A stretch of DNA of 62,843 nucleotides from Thermoplasmatota archaeon. Lineage in GTDB: Archaea; Thermoplasmatota; Penumbrarchaeia; Penumbrarchaeales; Penumbrarchaeaceae. The stretch's first letter is position 1; each line of letters starts with the position of its first letter. A program made the position numbers and the translations under genes. Location of the stretch: NCBI GenBank assembly GCA_965234725.1, contig CBDDUX010000071.1, positions 1 through 62,843 of the forward strand. Direction: 5' to 3'. This document shows, one piece after another, positions 10,368 through 19,103 of this stretch. The notes beneath the pieces are model-generated. The model was given only the letters and a program-made list of their open reading frames with translations. It did not search any database and was not told the DNA's origin.

Positions 10368-11207
10368 ATGAACGTTTCAGAAATCATGATCAAGGATCCC
10401 ATTGTAGCAGAACTTCCCACCACCAGAGAGGATGTTCTTTCCCTTCTTGTTAAGAACAAGAGAACTGGCCTCCCCGTTGTCGATTCGGAAGGTAAGGTTC
10501 TTGGCATGATCACAAGAAAGGACATCTTCAAGAACCCTGAGGAAGAGCAGGTGGCAGTTATTATGGAATGGGATGTTCCCACCATCACTGGAACCACCCC
10601 AGTGGAGAAGGCCGCTTCAATAATGTTCGAAGAGAACGTCCGGAGGCTTCCGGTAACCAAGAAAGGGCAGATAATCGGTCTTCTAACCCCCAGCGATCTA
10701 TTGAGGGTCGTCGAGCAGAGGAAGATAGAGACACCCGTGGAAGAATTCGTTAGATCTCACACAGTCTGCATCTATAGAAAGACCCCCGCCAAGGTGGCTG
10801 CATCCATGATCAATCTTTCCAAGGTCTATGCGATGCCTGTCCTTGATGATAATTCAATGATCTGTGGATTGATCACCGATCGAGATCTTTTCGATTTCAA
10901 ATATCTAGGCGAGAACATCACACTCACTACACTCGGCATATCAGAGGATGAGGATGCCTGGACCTGGGAGGGGTTGAGGAATGTCATGAACCTCTACTAC
11001 CAGGAGGCCAGGATCGATCTTCCAATGGACCCTGTGGAGAACTTCATGGTAAAGGACCTCTCCATGATATATCGGAGAGCACCTGCTTGGGATGCTGCTA
11101 GGACCATGCGGAAAAAGGATTTCGATCAGATCCCTGTTGTAGACAAGGAGGACCATCTCCATTCCATGATATACGATATGGATCTTATGAAGGCGATCAT
11201 GGAGTGA
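10368..11207 (+). CDS. CBS domain protein (four CBS repeats)
   Basis: LPVVD..GMIT.KD, RLPV..GLLT.SD, MPVLD..GLITDRD, IPVVD repeats. Confidence 0.92.
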   Translation: MNVSEIMIKDPIVAELPTTREDVLSLLVKNKRTGLPVVDSEGKVLGMITRKDIFKNPEEEQVAVIMEWDVPTITGTTPVEKAASIMFEENVRRLPVTKKGQIIGLLTPSDLLRVVEQRKIETPVEEFVRSHTVCIYRKTPAKVAASMINLSKVYAMPVLDDNSMICGLITDRDLFDFKYLGENITLTTLGISEDEDAWTWEGLRNVMNLYYQEARIDLPMDPVENFMVKDLSMIYRRAPAWDAARTMRKKDFDQIPVVDKEDHLHSMIYDMDLMKAIME

Positions 11208-11213
11208 AGGGAC

Positions 11214-12017
11214 ATGATTTTCGATCTCCCCGAGCTGGAAAAGGATTCCTGCATCAGGGGGCTTACAACTAGAGTGATCGGCACTGTCATAAATTTCCAT
11301 GACGAAGTAACCTCCACCAATGATATCGCCATTGATCTGGCCAAGGGAGGGGCAAAGGAAGGAACGGTTGTGATGGCCAGGACCCAAACAGGAGGGAAAG
11401 GGAGGAATGGAAGATCGTTCTCTTCTCCCAGAGGCGGATTGTACCTCTCTGTGATCCTCAAACCAGATATCCCAATTGATGACATATCCAGCCTTCCCCT
11501 CGTGATGGGGCTCTCGGTTTCAAAGGCCATACAATGCTCCGCATATCGTGAAGCCCGCTTGAAATGGCCAAATGATGTTCTTGTCGAGGGCAAGAAGGTA
11601 GCGGGAGTATTGATGGCAACATCGATCAAGGGCATGGACCTGGAATATGTGGTGGTCGGTATCGGGATCAACCTTAACACAGATTCAACAGAACTATCAG
11701 AAGATGCAAGGACCGTTGCAGGTTCACTTAGGGAGATAACTGGAAAGGTAACAGACCCCAATGAATTCTCCAGGGACCTGATGTACTTCCTTGACCTGAA
11801 CTATTCCCAATTCCTGGAAGGTCAAAAGGAACATCTGCTGGACCAATGGACAGCAAGGTCCGATACCATAGGCTCAGAAGTGATCGTTAACAAAGGATCA
11901 AAAGCGATCACAGGAAAAGCCCTTGGGATCGATCAGAGCGGTGCTTTGATACTGCAGACCGCTGCTGGTATGAAAAGGATCACCTCCGGTGACTGTATGA
12001 ACCTCTCCATGGTTTGA
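11214..12017 (+). CDS. birA: Biotin--protein ligase (no HTH)
   Basis: STND, QTGGKGRNGR, KWPNDV, KKVAG, GIGIN. Confidence 0.95.
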   Translation: MIFDLPELEKDSCIRGLTTRVIGTVINFHDEVTSTNDIAIDLAKGGAKEGTVVMARTQTGGKGRNGRSFSSPRGGLYLSVILKPDIPIDDISSLPLVMGLSVSKAIQCSAYREARLKWPNDVLVEGKKVAGVLMATSIKGMDLEYVVVGIGINLNTDSTELSEDARTVAGSLREITGKVTDPNEFSRDLMYFLDLNYSQFLEGQKEHLLDQWTARSDTIGSEVIVNKGSKAITGKALGIDQSGALILQTAAGMKRITSGDCMNLSMV

Positions 12018-12018
12018 T

Positions 12019-12048
12019 AAAAAAAAAGGGGGGGTTTTACACCCCCCC
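12019..12048 (-). terminator. G7/C7 hairpin followed by a long T tract on the minus strand, between convergent genes
   Basis: Minus strand GGGGGGG-TGTAAAA-CCCCCCC-TTTTTTTTT; plus strand is also T-rich downstream. Confidence 0.65.
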
Positions 12049-12069
12049 ATATTTGTATTTATTTTATTT

Positions 12070-15000
12070 TTACTGTTGTTCTGGTGGTAGATAGGATTGG
12101 TCCTGTGCAGGTTGTGGTTCCTCGGGCGGGACCATACCTGGAGTCGGCTCAGGAGCCTGCGCAATTTCTTCCACCGGTGGCTGTTCATATGCAGGTGGTT
12201 GCTGATATCCACCTTCCGGGCCCTCCATGGGAGGAGGAGGTGTCATGTCCTGTCCTTCAATTGGAGCTGACGGAAGGGCCTCATATTCACCAGCTCCTTC
12301 TCCGGATGGTAGTGCCGGTCCTGCTGCTTCAGGGAAGGGCATTCCAGACATCAATGCCTGCAATTTATCCTGGGCGGCAAGGGCGTCCTCCTGCTGCTGG
12401 GCAACTAATGCCTCATGCTCCTTCTCGATCACTTCTGCGGTGTCTGACAGCCTGTCCTTCCTGAAGATCAATATGAATATCACAGCAAGGACAACGATCG
12501 CAATGATGATCATGATCAGGATGAATCCCCATTCCTCCAGGAAGGGTTTATCACCACCAGGGGTGTCAAAACGGTCGATATCCTGTTCTACATCTATGTT
12601 CAGCTTAAGGGAAGTTTCCTCGTAAAGACCAAGGGAATCCCTTACCCTCAATTTGATCTCGTATTCCCCTGAGACAGAGAAATCCCTGGTGTAGGAAAGG
12701 CCCTGATTCTCGATCCAGCCTTCACCGAAATTCCAGTCATATTCGAGTATCTCCTGGGAGTTCGGTATGTCCATATCAGGATCGTAGGATGCAGATGCCT
12801 CGAAGGTAATCGATCTTTGATCCACTTCAAGGGAGATCGATTCCCCATCAGTATGTGATGTGATCTCGGGTCTTGTTGGGGCATCGTTCACATTATCCAC
12901 TAGCAACCTGATCGGTGTGGAAGCGGAGACACCCTGGCTATCGGTTATTGTGAAGTTGAAGAAGTGCTCTCCAACAAGGGAATTTATTAGGAACACCGTT
13001 AGCCTTCCAGTGGTCTTCTCGAACATGATATCGTCTTCATCAAGAATGCCAGGTCCTATGACCTCTTCGAAGTTCGTGGAGAATTCGAATTCATCATCGG
13101 AATATTCCGAATCAGGATCTGATCCATCCACATCGATCACGGTTCTGGTTCCCTGAAGGTCCTGTATCAATGTCACCCTTCCCTCTTCGACCTCTATCTC
13201 CACACCCTTGAAGATCACCTTGTCGATGGAAGGTGCATCGTTCATATTGATAACAGTGATATTGACCCTAACGGTTGGGTTCTCCTCCATGTGAGAATTA
13301 CCGTCGAAAGCTTCGATAATCAGGAAATCCTCACCGGACCAATCTTCGTCAGGTATAAGGATGATCTCTCCCGTCACCTGGTCGATATCGGCGCTGATAT
13401 GTCTTTGTACCGTTACCCTGAATGAGAGATCATCTCCGTCCCTGTCCTCGAAAAGAGAATTCAGGTCCACCAGACCTCCCTGTGGAGTATCCTCAATTAA
13501 CTCCACTTCAACAAAGGGAATTAAATTGATGGGTGCGAAGTTGATGACCACGGTCTCGATCGTTACAGGGATGCCGTATTCGATACCGTCGAAGGACTTC
13601 AATACTGCTCTTATCTTGTCGCCCTCCCTTGTTAGATTATGATCCAAGGTCATGAGATTGGACCCGGAGGTTATCATTATCCAGGCTTCCTCTCTGTATG
13701 CATACCACTCTACAAGGTAGGTAATGGTGTCAATGGGATCGGTATCCTCGTCCGTTGATCCGTTGAGGATCATGATCTCCAGATCAATAAGGGCAGGAAC
13801 AGGTGCCTCAATGAAAGAGACAATTGGTTGGGTCGGAGGGGTGTTGGTAGTTCTGAAAGAGAAGGTGTCAGTATCCTCCAGACCCCAGGGATCGAATGCA
13901 ACGATCTCCACCCAGAATTCCTTGTTGTACCTCAAATTCCTGGTAAAGGAAAAGCTGTTCTCAGAGGAAAATGCATCGATCACAATGTGCTGGCCATCGA
14001 TGATACTATCCTGCCAGACATTGATGGTATAATCAATATCATCGTTGTTCCAATCTACAGCCAGGTCCCATGTTATCATTGGTCTGTTGTTGTGGGTATA
14101 GATAGGACCATGACCTAATGGGATCGGAAGCTCCGGAGCTCTGTTCTCCGCAAGCAACACCTCAAGATAGTAATCTCCGGTGTTCTGAAATTCTGAGTTC
14201 CAATATGGAACATAACCAAGCAACGAAACTGAGAGATTTACAGCGGTCAGATTTGTGACCTTTGTTCCAACAATGAAGAACTGTGGTGCTAATATGCTTG
14301 TCCTTCCATTTATGAATGTGGTATCCTGAGCGAGGATGTTACCATCAAGTGTGGAAACCATCAGGTTCGCTTCTGATATGTTCTCCAAGGTCATATTGTC
14401 CCTGACCCAGGTGGATATCTCCCAGAATACCCTGACCTCAGACTTGGCGTCCATGATAGAGATAAGAGAGGAATCTACAATGGTCGAATAAAGATGGGCT
14501 ATTGAATTCCCGCTCAATTTGATATCTATCGTATTAGATGATAGGTCAGAGCCTTCAAGGGTAACATTAGCTTTCTCCTCAAGTTCGAGAGCGGTCTCGG
14601 TGGAACCTGTGATCGATACGTTATCGAACATGGTAACACCCTCACCCATGATATTGATACCCACCTTATTCCCTGCCAGAACGCAGTTCTCTAGTGAATT
14701 ACCAGTGGTGTCTTCCATGACTATTCCGGTCTGGGGGTTGTCGATCAGATCGACCTCTTTGATCTCAACATCGCTTGAAAGGATGTTCATGGCATGCTGA
14801 TTCCCCCTGAATTCCCCTCCATTTATCAGGGGTGTGCTATCGCCCATGACTGTCAACCCGGTATCCGTATTGGAAACCGAGTTCAGCTGGAGTACAGGGC
14901 TTGAATCCATTACGATCATACCGAATTCGGAATCGGTGATCTCACAATCATAGACGGTCATCATGGAACCATTGACAATATAAACGTTCCCAAGGGAATT

Positions 15001-16263
15001 ACCTGAGATAATAGAGTCCGAGATCTGGCCAAAGCTGCCGTTTGAATAGAGACCGTAAAGTCTGTTATCGTGGATGTTTACCTTGGAAATTGAAGGGTTA
15101 GATGCTGAACCAGAAGGGATCCAGATCCCGTTGCCTCCGTTCCCGGATATTTCAACATTCCTTAGAGTCGCTGATACGGTGTCTACTTGGGCCGTGATAC
15201 CGTCCTTACCGTTGTTAGATACATCGCAGTCTACCATCTCAATACCCTGTATACCGCTAGCTGTGGATGTCTGCAGTATCACTCCCGGACCCAGGTTCCC
15301 ATTGAAGGTACTGTTCCGGAACTTGACCATTCCACCTCTTCCTGCAAGGAAACCTGTACGGTTGTTATTATCGAAATGACATCGATCGACAATGACATCT
15401 GCCGAATATCCACTACTCGAAACCGGGTCCACTTCGAGGCCGTCCTCGCACCCTGAAATAGTAGTATCCGCAAGGATACCGTCCGCACCCACAAAATAGG
15501 TGATACCCTGGACGGGAGCTCCGCTAATGGTGCAATTGGTGATCGAGGGTGATGACATGTCCCCTCCGACGAAAATGCCGTAGCGGGACGTGTTGTCAAT
15601 GGTCACTTTGTCGATCATCGGAGAGAAGCCTAACCCCTGGCTTGTTCCATCGGATTGGTCCGGATCGAAGATTGCAATCGCATTGCACTCCGTGTATTGG
15701 ATGACACAATTGTAGATGATTATGTCATTGTTGGCGCACATGATCCCGCCCTCATGGTCGGTGATATAGCCACCGGTCTCACCCCACATGTACCCGAAGT
15801 ATGAGTTATTTATACGGGCTGTTCCCCTCACGTAAAACTTCCAGTGGATACCCCAGGATTCCATGATATATGAATTGGGCGATATCACCTTCTCCCTATA
15901 TTGATAAGTTGTAGTATCCTGGGCGGTGAAGTTGCAGTTGTCATCGATGTAGAGCTCTCCTCCGAGTTCCACATAAAGACCGAAATCACCATCCTCATCT
16001 CCTCCCCACAACAATTTTGAATTGTTCATGTAGAGGATGCCTCCGCTTTCCACTCTTATATCTGCCGAAATCTCGTATTCAACATCGTTGATCTCCTTAA
16101 CCTCGCCGTTACCGACGATAATATCGCTTGTGATCTCAACGGGATCGCCCGCTCCTACATTCTGCCCCGCAGTGATTCCTGAAATTGGAACCAGTGTAAA
16201 GAATGCACTACCCAGCAGAACTAGGACTGACATAGCTACCAAGAACTCTTTTCGAATCATCAT
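12070..16263 (-). CDS. Giant surface protein: parallel beta-helix repeats, Ig/cadherin-like and PKD domains, C-terminal TM, Pro/Glu/Gln-rich tail
   Basis: Signal peptide after MMIRKEF (SD CAGGTGG); many I/V-x-x-N-x-x-x-G beta-helix repeats; YDWNFGEG PKD-like motif; TM FILIMIIIAIVVLAVIFILIF. Confidence 0.85.
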   Translation of the reverse strand: MMIRKEFLVAMSVLVLLGSAFFTLVPISGITAGQNVGAGDPVEITSDIIVGNGEVKEINDVEYEISADIRVESGGILYMNNSKLLWGGDEDGDFGLYVELGGELYIDDNCNFTAQDTTTYQYREKVISPNSYIMESWGIHWKFYVRGTARINNSYFGYMWGETGGYITDHEGGIMCANNDIIIYNCVIQYTECNAIAIFDPDQSDGTSQGLGFSPMIDKVTIDNTSRYGIFVGGDMSSPSITNCTISGAPVQGITYFVGADGILADTTISGCEDGLEVDPVSSSGYSADVIVDRCHFDNNNRTGFLAGRGGMVKFRNSTFNGNLGPGVILQTSTASGIQGIEMVDCDVSNNGKDGITAQVDTVSATLRNVEISGNGGNGIWIPSGSASNPSISKVNIHDNRLYGLYSNGSFGQISDSIISGNSLGNVYIVNGSMMTVYDCEITDSEFGMIVMDSSPVLQLNSVSNTDTGLTVMGDSTPLINGGEFRGNQHAMNILSSDVEIKEVDLIDNPQTGIVMEDTTGNSLENCVLAGNKVGINIMGEGVTMFDNVSITGSTETALELEEKANVTLEGSDLSSNTIDIKLSGNSIAHLYSTIVDSSLISIMDAKSEVRVFWEISTWVRDNMTLENISEANLMVSTLDGNILAQDTTFINGRTSILAPQFFIVGTKVTNLTAVNLSVSLLGYVPYWNSEFQNTGDYYLEVLLAENRAPELPIPLGHGPIYTHNNRPMITWDLAVDWNNDDIDYTINVWQDSIIDGQHIVIDAFSSENSFSFTRNLRYNKEFWVEIVAFDPWGLEDTDTFSFRTTNTPPTQPIVSFIEAPVPALIDLEIMILNGSTDEDTDPIDTITYLVEWYAYREEAWIMITSGSNLMTLDHNLTREGDKIRAVLKSFDGIEYGIPVTIETVVINFAPINLIPFVEVELIEDTPQGGLVDLNSLFEDRDGDDLSFRVTVQRHISADIDQVTGEIILIPDEDWSGEDFLIIEAFDGNSHMEENPTVRVNITVINMNDAPSIDKVIFKGVEIEVEEGRVTLIQDLQGTRTVIDVDGSDPDSEYSDDEFEFSTNFEEVIGPGILDEDDIMFEKTTGRLTVFLINSLVGEHFFNFTITDSQGVSASTPIRLLVDNVNDAPTRPEITSHTDGESISLEVDQRSITFEASASYDPDMDIPNSQEILEYDWNFGEGWIENQGLSYTRDFSVSGEYEIKLRVRDSLGLYEETSLKLNIDVEQDIDRFDTPGGDKPFLEEWGFILIMIIIAIVVLAVIFILIFRKDRLSDTAEVIEKEHEALVAQQQEDALAAQDKLQALMSGMPFPEAAGPALPSGEGAGEYEALPSAPIEGQDMTPPPPMEGPEGGYQQPPAYEQPPVEEIAQAPEPTPGMVPPEEPQPAQDQSYLPPEQQ

Positions 16264-16423
16264 ATGCCCCACCTGACACTCATCTCTATTAGGAACCTGA
16301 CCACTTGACACTATGGTCGGCAGTAGTTGGGTTGAGCTACTGAAGTATTATCCTCTTAACATATTTAATTTTCCATATTTCGAGAGCATGCTGGACAGGT
16401 GCAATCACCATTTTGAAGGCAGT

Positions 16424-17947
16424 TCAGATACTCAGTTCTCCAAGACTTTCCTGGACGGCCTTAAGGATCTTGTTGCTCCTGATGAGGTCTGCAACTGCTT
16501 TGATATCGGGGTGGAGGGATCGGTCCTCCTCCATGAATGGGACCACCTCTCTGATGATATCATAGGCTATCCCAGTCCCTGCTCCAGGCCTACTGGGTTT
16601 CCTGAAATCCATTGCCTGGGCAGCTGCAAGCATCTCGATCGCCAGGACACCAACGGTGTTCCTGTTGATCTCTTTCAAATGCCTTATTGCAACCGGGCCC
16701 ATGGAAACATGATCCTCCTGGTCGGCTGAAACCGAGATGGAATCCACGGATGCCGGGTGGGAAAGGACCTTGTTCTCAGATACCATGACAGCAGCGGTAT
16801 ACTGAGCCACCATCTGACCTGAGTTCATCCCGGCTCCCTCTATAAGGAAGGCGGGTAGTCCGGAAAGGGTCGGGTTGAGCAACCTGTTGATGTGCCTTTC
16901 CGATAGGCTGCAGACCTCGGACATTCCGATCTTCATAACATCCGCGGCGATACCTACCGGTTGTCCGTGAAAGTTTCCGGCTCCTATATGGTCCATCTCA
17001 TCGGGGAAGAAGATCGGGTTGTCTATCACAGAGTTAAGTTCAGTTTCTATGGTTTCCCTGGCGTAATGCCATAGATCGATCGTAGGCCCCAATATCTGAG
17101 GTGTGCACCTCATGGAATATCCGTCCTGGACCTTCCCGGAGGGTGTAGCCATGATCTCAGAGCCTTCGAAAAGTCGTCTCAAGTGACCTGCCACGATCCC
17201 CTGACCTCTGTGAGGTCTTAGATCGTGCACTCTTTTATTGAAAGGTTTCTGGACAGAATTAAGGGCATCCAGTGTCATTGCGGAAGCTATTAAGGCATTA
17301 CCGATAAGGTTCCTGGAATCCTCAAGTATAAGGCACATCTGGCCGACCATGACCTGGGTGCCATTGATAAGGGCGAGACCCTCTTTAAAAGTGGGATCGA
17401 CCGGTTCAAGACCGGCCTTTGACATTGCTTCCCTTCCACCGAGTCTCTCACCTTTGTAAAGTGCCGTTCCCTCGCCGATCAAAACCTCAGCTATCTGGGA
17501 AAGGGGACTCAGGTCACCGGAACAACCCACTGATCCTTTCTCGTATACCACCGGGGTGACTCCCCTGTTGACCATGTCCATATAGGTCCTTGCAGTAGAA
17601 AGGCGGAGACCGGAATGCCCCTTTGCCCAGGCATTGACCCTTGCCGCCATAGCTGCCCTGACCTCTTCCTTGGGTAGTTCATCTCCATATGAAGCACTAT
17701 GAGAGTAGATTATCTTCTTCTGAAGTTCAAGACCCTGTTCGGGAGTTAGCATTACAGATGCCAATTCTCCGATCCCTGTTGTGACACCATAGATCTTTTC
17801 ACCTTTTTTAACAAGTGTCTCGATCATTTTCTGGCATCTCTCGATCCTTGCACTCGATCCCTCGGTCAGGTCCAATACCTCACCTTCTCTTGCTACGCTA
17901 ACAATATCCTTGAAAGTGAGTCCCTTTCCATCGATGAAAACTGTCAT
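16424..17947 (-). CDS. hutH: Histidine ammonia-lyase family (aromatic amino acid lyase) with CSG MIO triad
   Basis: IYGVTTG, YSHS, GSVGCSGDL, KEGLALINGTQ, VQDGYSMRC, GNFHG, DQEDHVSMG. Confidence 0.9.
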   Translation of the reverse strand: MTVFIDGKGLTFKDIVSVAREGEVLDLTEGSSARIERCQKMIETLVKKGEKIYGVTTGIGELASVMLTPEQGLELQKKIIYSHSASYGDELPKEEVRAAMAARVNAWAKGHSGLRLSTARTYMDMVNRGVTPVVYEKGSVGCSGDLSPLSQIAEVLIGEGTALYKGERLGGREAMSKAGLEPVDPTFKEGLALINGTQVMVGQMCLILEDSRNLIGNALIASAMTLDALNSVQKPFNKRVHDLRPHRGQGIVAGHLRRLFEGSEIMATPSGKVQDGYSMRCTPQILGPTIDLWHYARETIETELNSVIDNPIFFPDEMDHIGAGNFHGQPVGIAADVMKIGMSEVCSLSERHINRLLNPTLSGLPAFLIEGAGMNSGQMVAQYTAAVMVSENKVLSHPASVDSISVSADQEDHVSMGPVAIRHLKEINRNTVGVLAIEMLAAAQAMDFRKPSRPGAGTGIAYDIIREVVPFMEEDRSLHPDIKAVADLIRSNKILKAVQESLGELSI

Positions 17948-18073
17948 CCGTACCACTACTCCTTGTAGGAGTTCTGTAAAGGGAGGGTGATAATAACTGT
18001 ATCGGGGAAGACACCCAATATCGACAAGCAAGGAAATGATTAAGTAATCCACGATCATTGTTCGGATGATAGC

Positions 18074-18271
18074 ATGGACGAAAAAAAGGATGACATTTCG
18101 ATCACTCCACCCAGGTACTCACTTGGGAAGGTATTCTCCACGATCAGTAAAAAGGGGATAGTGGGAGCACTAGAGGATACAGAACAAGGCCCCCATGTCC
18201 ATCTCACACTCCTGCTGATCACAGTTGTGATCGTTTCAGTGGCAATAATCTTAGTATCCCGAATTATCTGA
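18074..18271 (+). CDS. Small tail-anchored hypothetical protein
   Basis: 65 aa with a C-terminal hydrophobic helix; fills the gap divergent from hutH. Confidence 0.6.
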   Translation: MDEKKDDISITPPRYSLGKVFSTISKKGIVGALEDTEQGPHVHLTLLLITVVIVSVAIILVSRII

Positions 18272-18356
18272 TCACCGCCCCTTTTATCCTACCTGGAACA
18301 TTAGTTCAGTAAGGATTAAATACGCCCCGGGGAATTCGGTTTCTGGAGGCGGTAAA

Positions 18357-18482
18357 ATGGCGGAATTCTTTCCACCTTGTCCAAAGTGCGAAAAGGGGAA
18401 TCTGATCCCCTTTTCAAGAGGCCAGGATATTTTTGAACTGTGGAAGTGCAGCAACTGTGCGTACACACTCAACAAAAGATGA
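18357..18482 (+). CDS. 41-aa zinc-ribbon microprotein (not in ORF track)
   Basis: MAEFFPPCPKCEKGNLIPFSRGQDIFELWKCSNCAYTLNKR; two CxxC; SD GGAGG; ATTAAATA upstream; downstream hairpins + T tract. Confidence 0.8.
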   Translation: MAEFFPPCPKCEKGNLIPFSRGQDIFELWKCSNCAYTLNKR

Positions 18483-18496
18483 TCATCACATCCACG

Positions 18497-18542
18497 GTTC
18501 CCGGAGGGAGCGGGGAGGTCTTCGAACCTTCTTTTCCTTTTA
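18497..18542 (+). terminator. Two short hairpins followed by a pyrimidine tract
   Basis: GTTCCC-GGA-GGGAGC then GGAGGT-CTTCGA-ACCTTC then TTTTCCTTTT. Confidence 0.45.
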
Positions 18543-18587
18543 TTCAGTCTTATCGCTAAATGAAGGATTATCAGATCATTTTCTGGA

Positions 18588-19034
18588 TCATCTGAGGAAT
18601 ATTTCAGAACTCCTTCCAGATTTCCTGATTATCAAGTGTCCCCTTCTTCTAAGGGAGTTAATATGGTAATTAGCAACCTGTCTGGTGATATCAAGCTTCT
18701 TTGCAACACTTGACTGTGAGATTCCTGGACAATCGATGATTACGTCGACGATCTTCTCTTCAAGATCTTTGGGAACGTCACCTCCGGAAGGATAGAACCT
18801 TCTGAAGATCCCGATCTTCTTTGATCTGACCAGACTTTCCTTCTCAAGTTTGAGCAGATGGTGGGAAAGGGTTCCGTTCTTGATCCCGAGCATGACACGT
18901 AGGTCCGTAAAGCTCATGCCAGGATACTTGAGGATCGTTGAATATATCCTTGCCCTGTTTGCATTCTGCATCAGGTCTTCCATTGTGTTGATCCTTTTAT
19001 ACCCCATATTATCACTAAGTAGCCTTTGGTGCAT
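18588..19034 (-). CDS. Double winged helix-turn-helix transcriptional regulator
   Basis: RARIYSTILKYPG...NGTLSHHLLKLE...RRFYP and a second HTH PGISQSSVAKKLDITRQVANYH; ATG 19007 is an alternative start. Confidence 0.88.
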   Translation of the reverse strand: MHQRLLSDNMGYKRINTMEDLMQNANRARIYSTILKYPGMSFTDLRVMLGIKNGTLSHHLLKLEKESLVRSKKIGIFRRFYPSGGDVPKDLEEKIVDVIIDCPGISQSSVAKKLDITRQVANYHINSLRRRGHLIIRKSGRSSEIFLR

Positions 19035-19103
19035 GGACGTATAAAAGAAATCCCTAAAAGTGCACCCGATATGTCAATGATATATGGACCCTTAGCTGAT
19101 CTT

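Noticed and set aside
18495..18515. SRP RNA helix-8-like sequence (CCCGGAGGGAGC); similar at about 46601-46615
   Set aside because: Only a partial match and no room or pairing for the rest of SRP RNA
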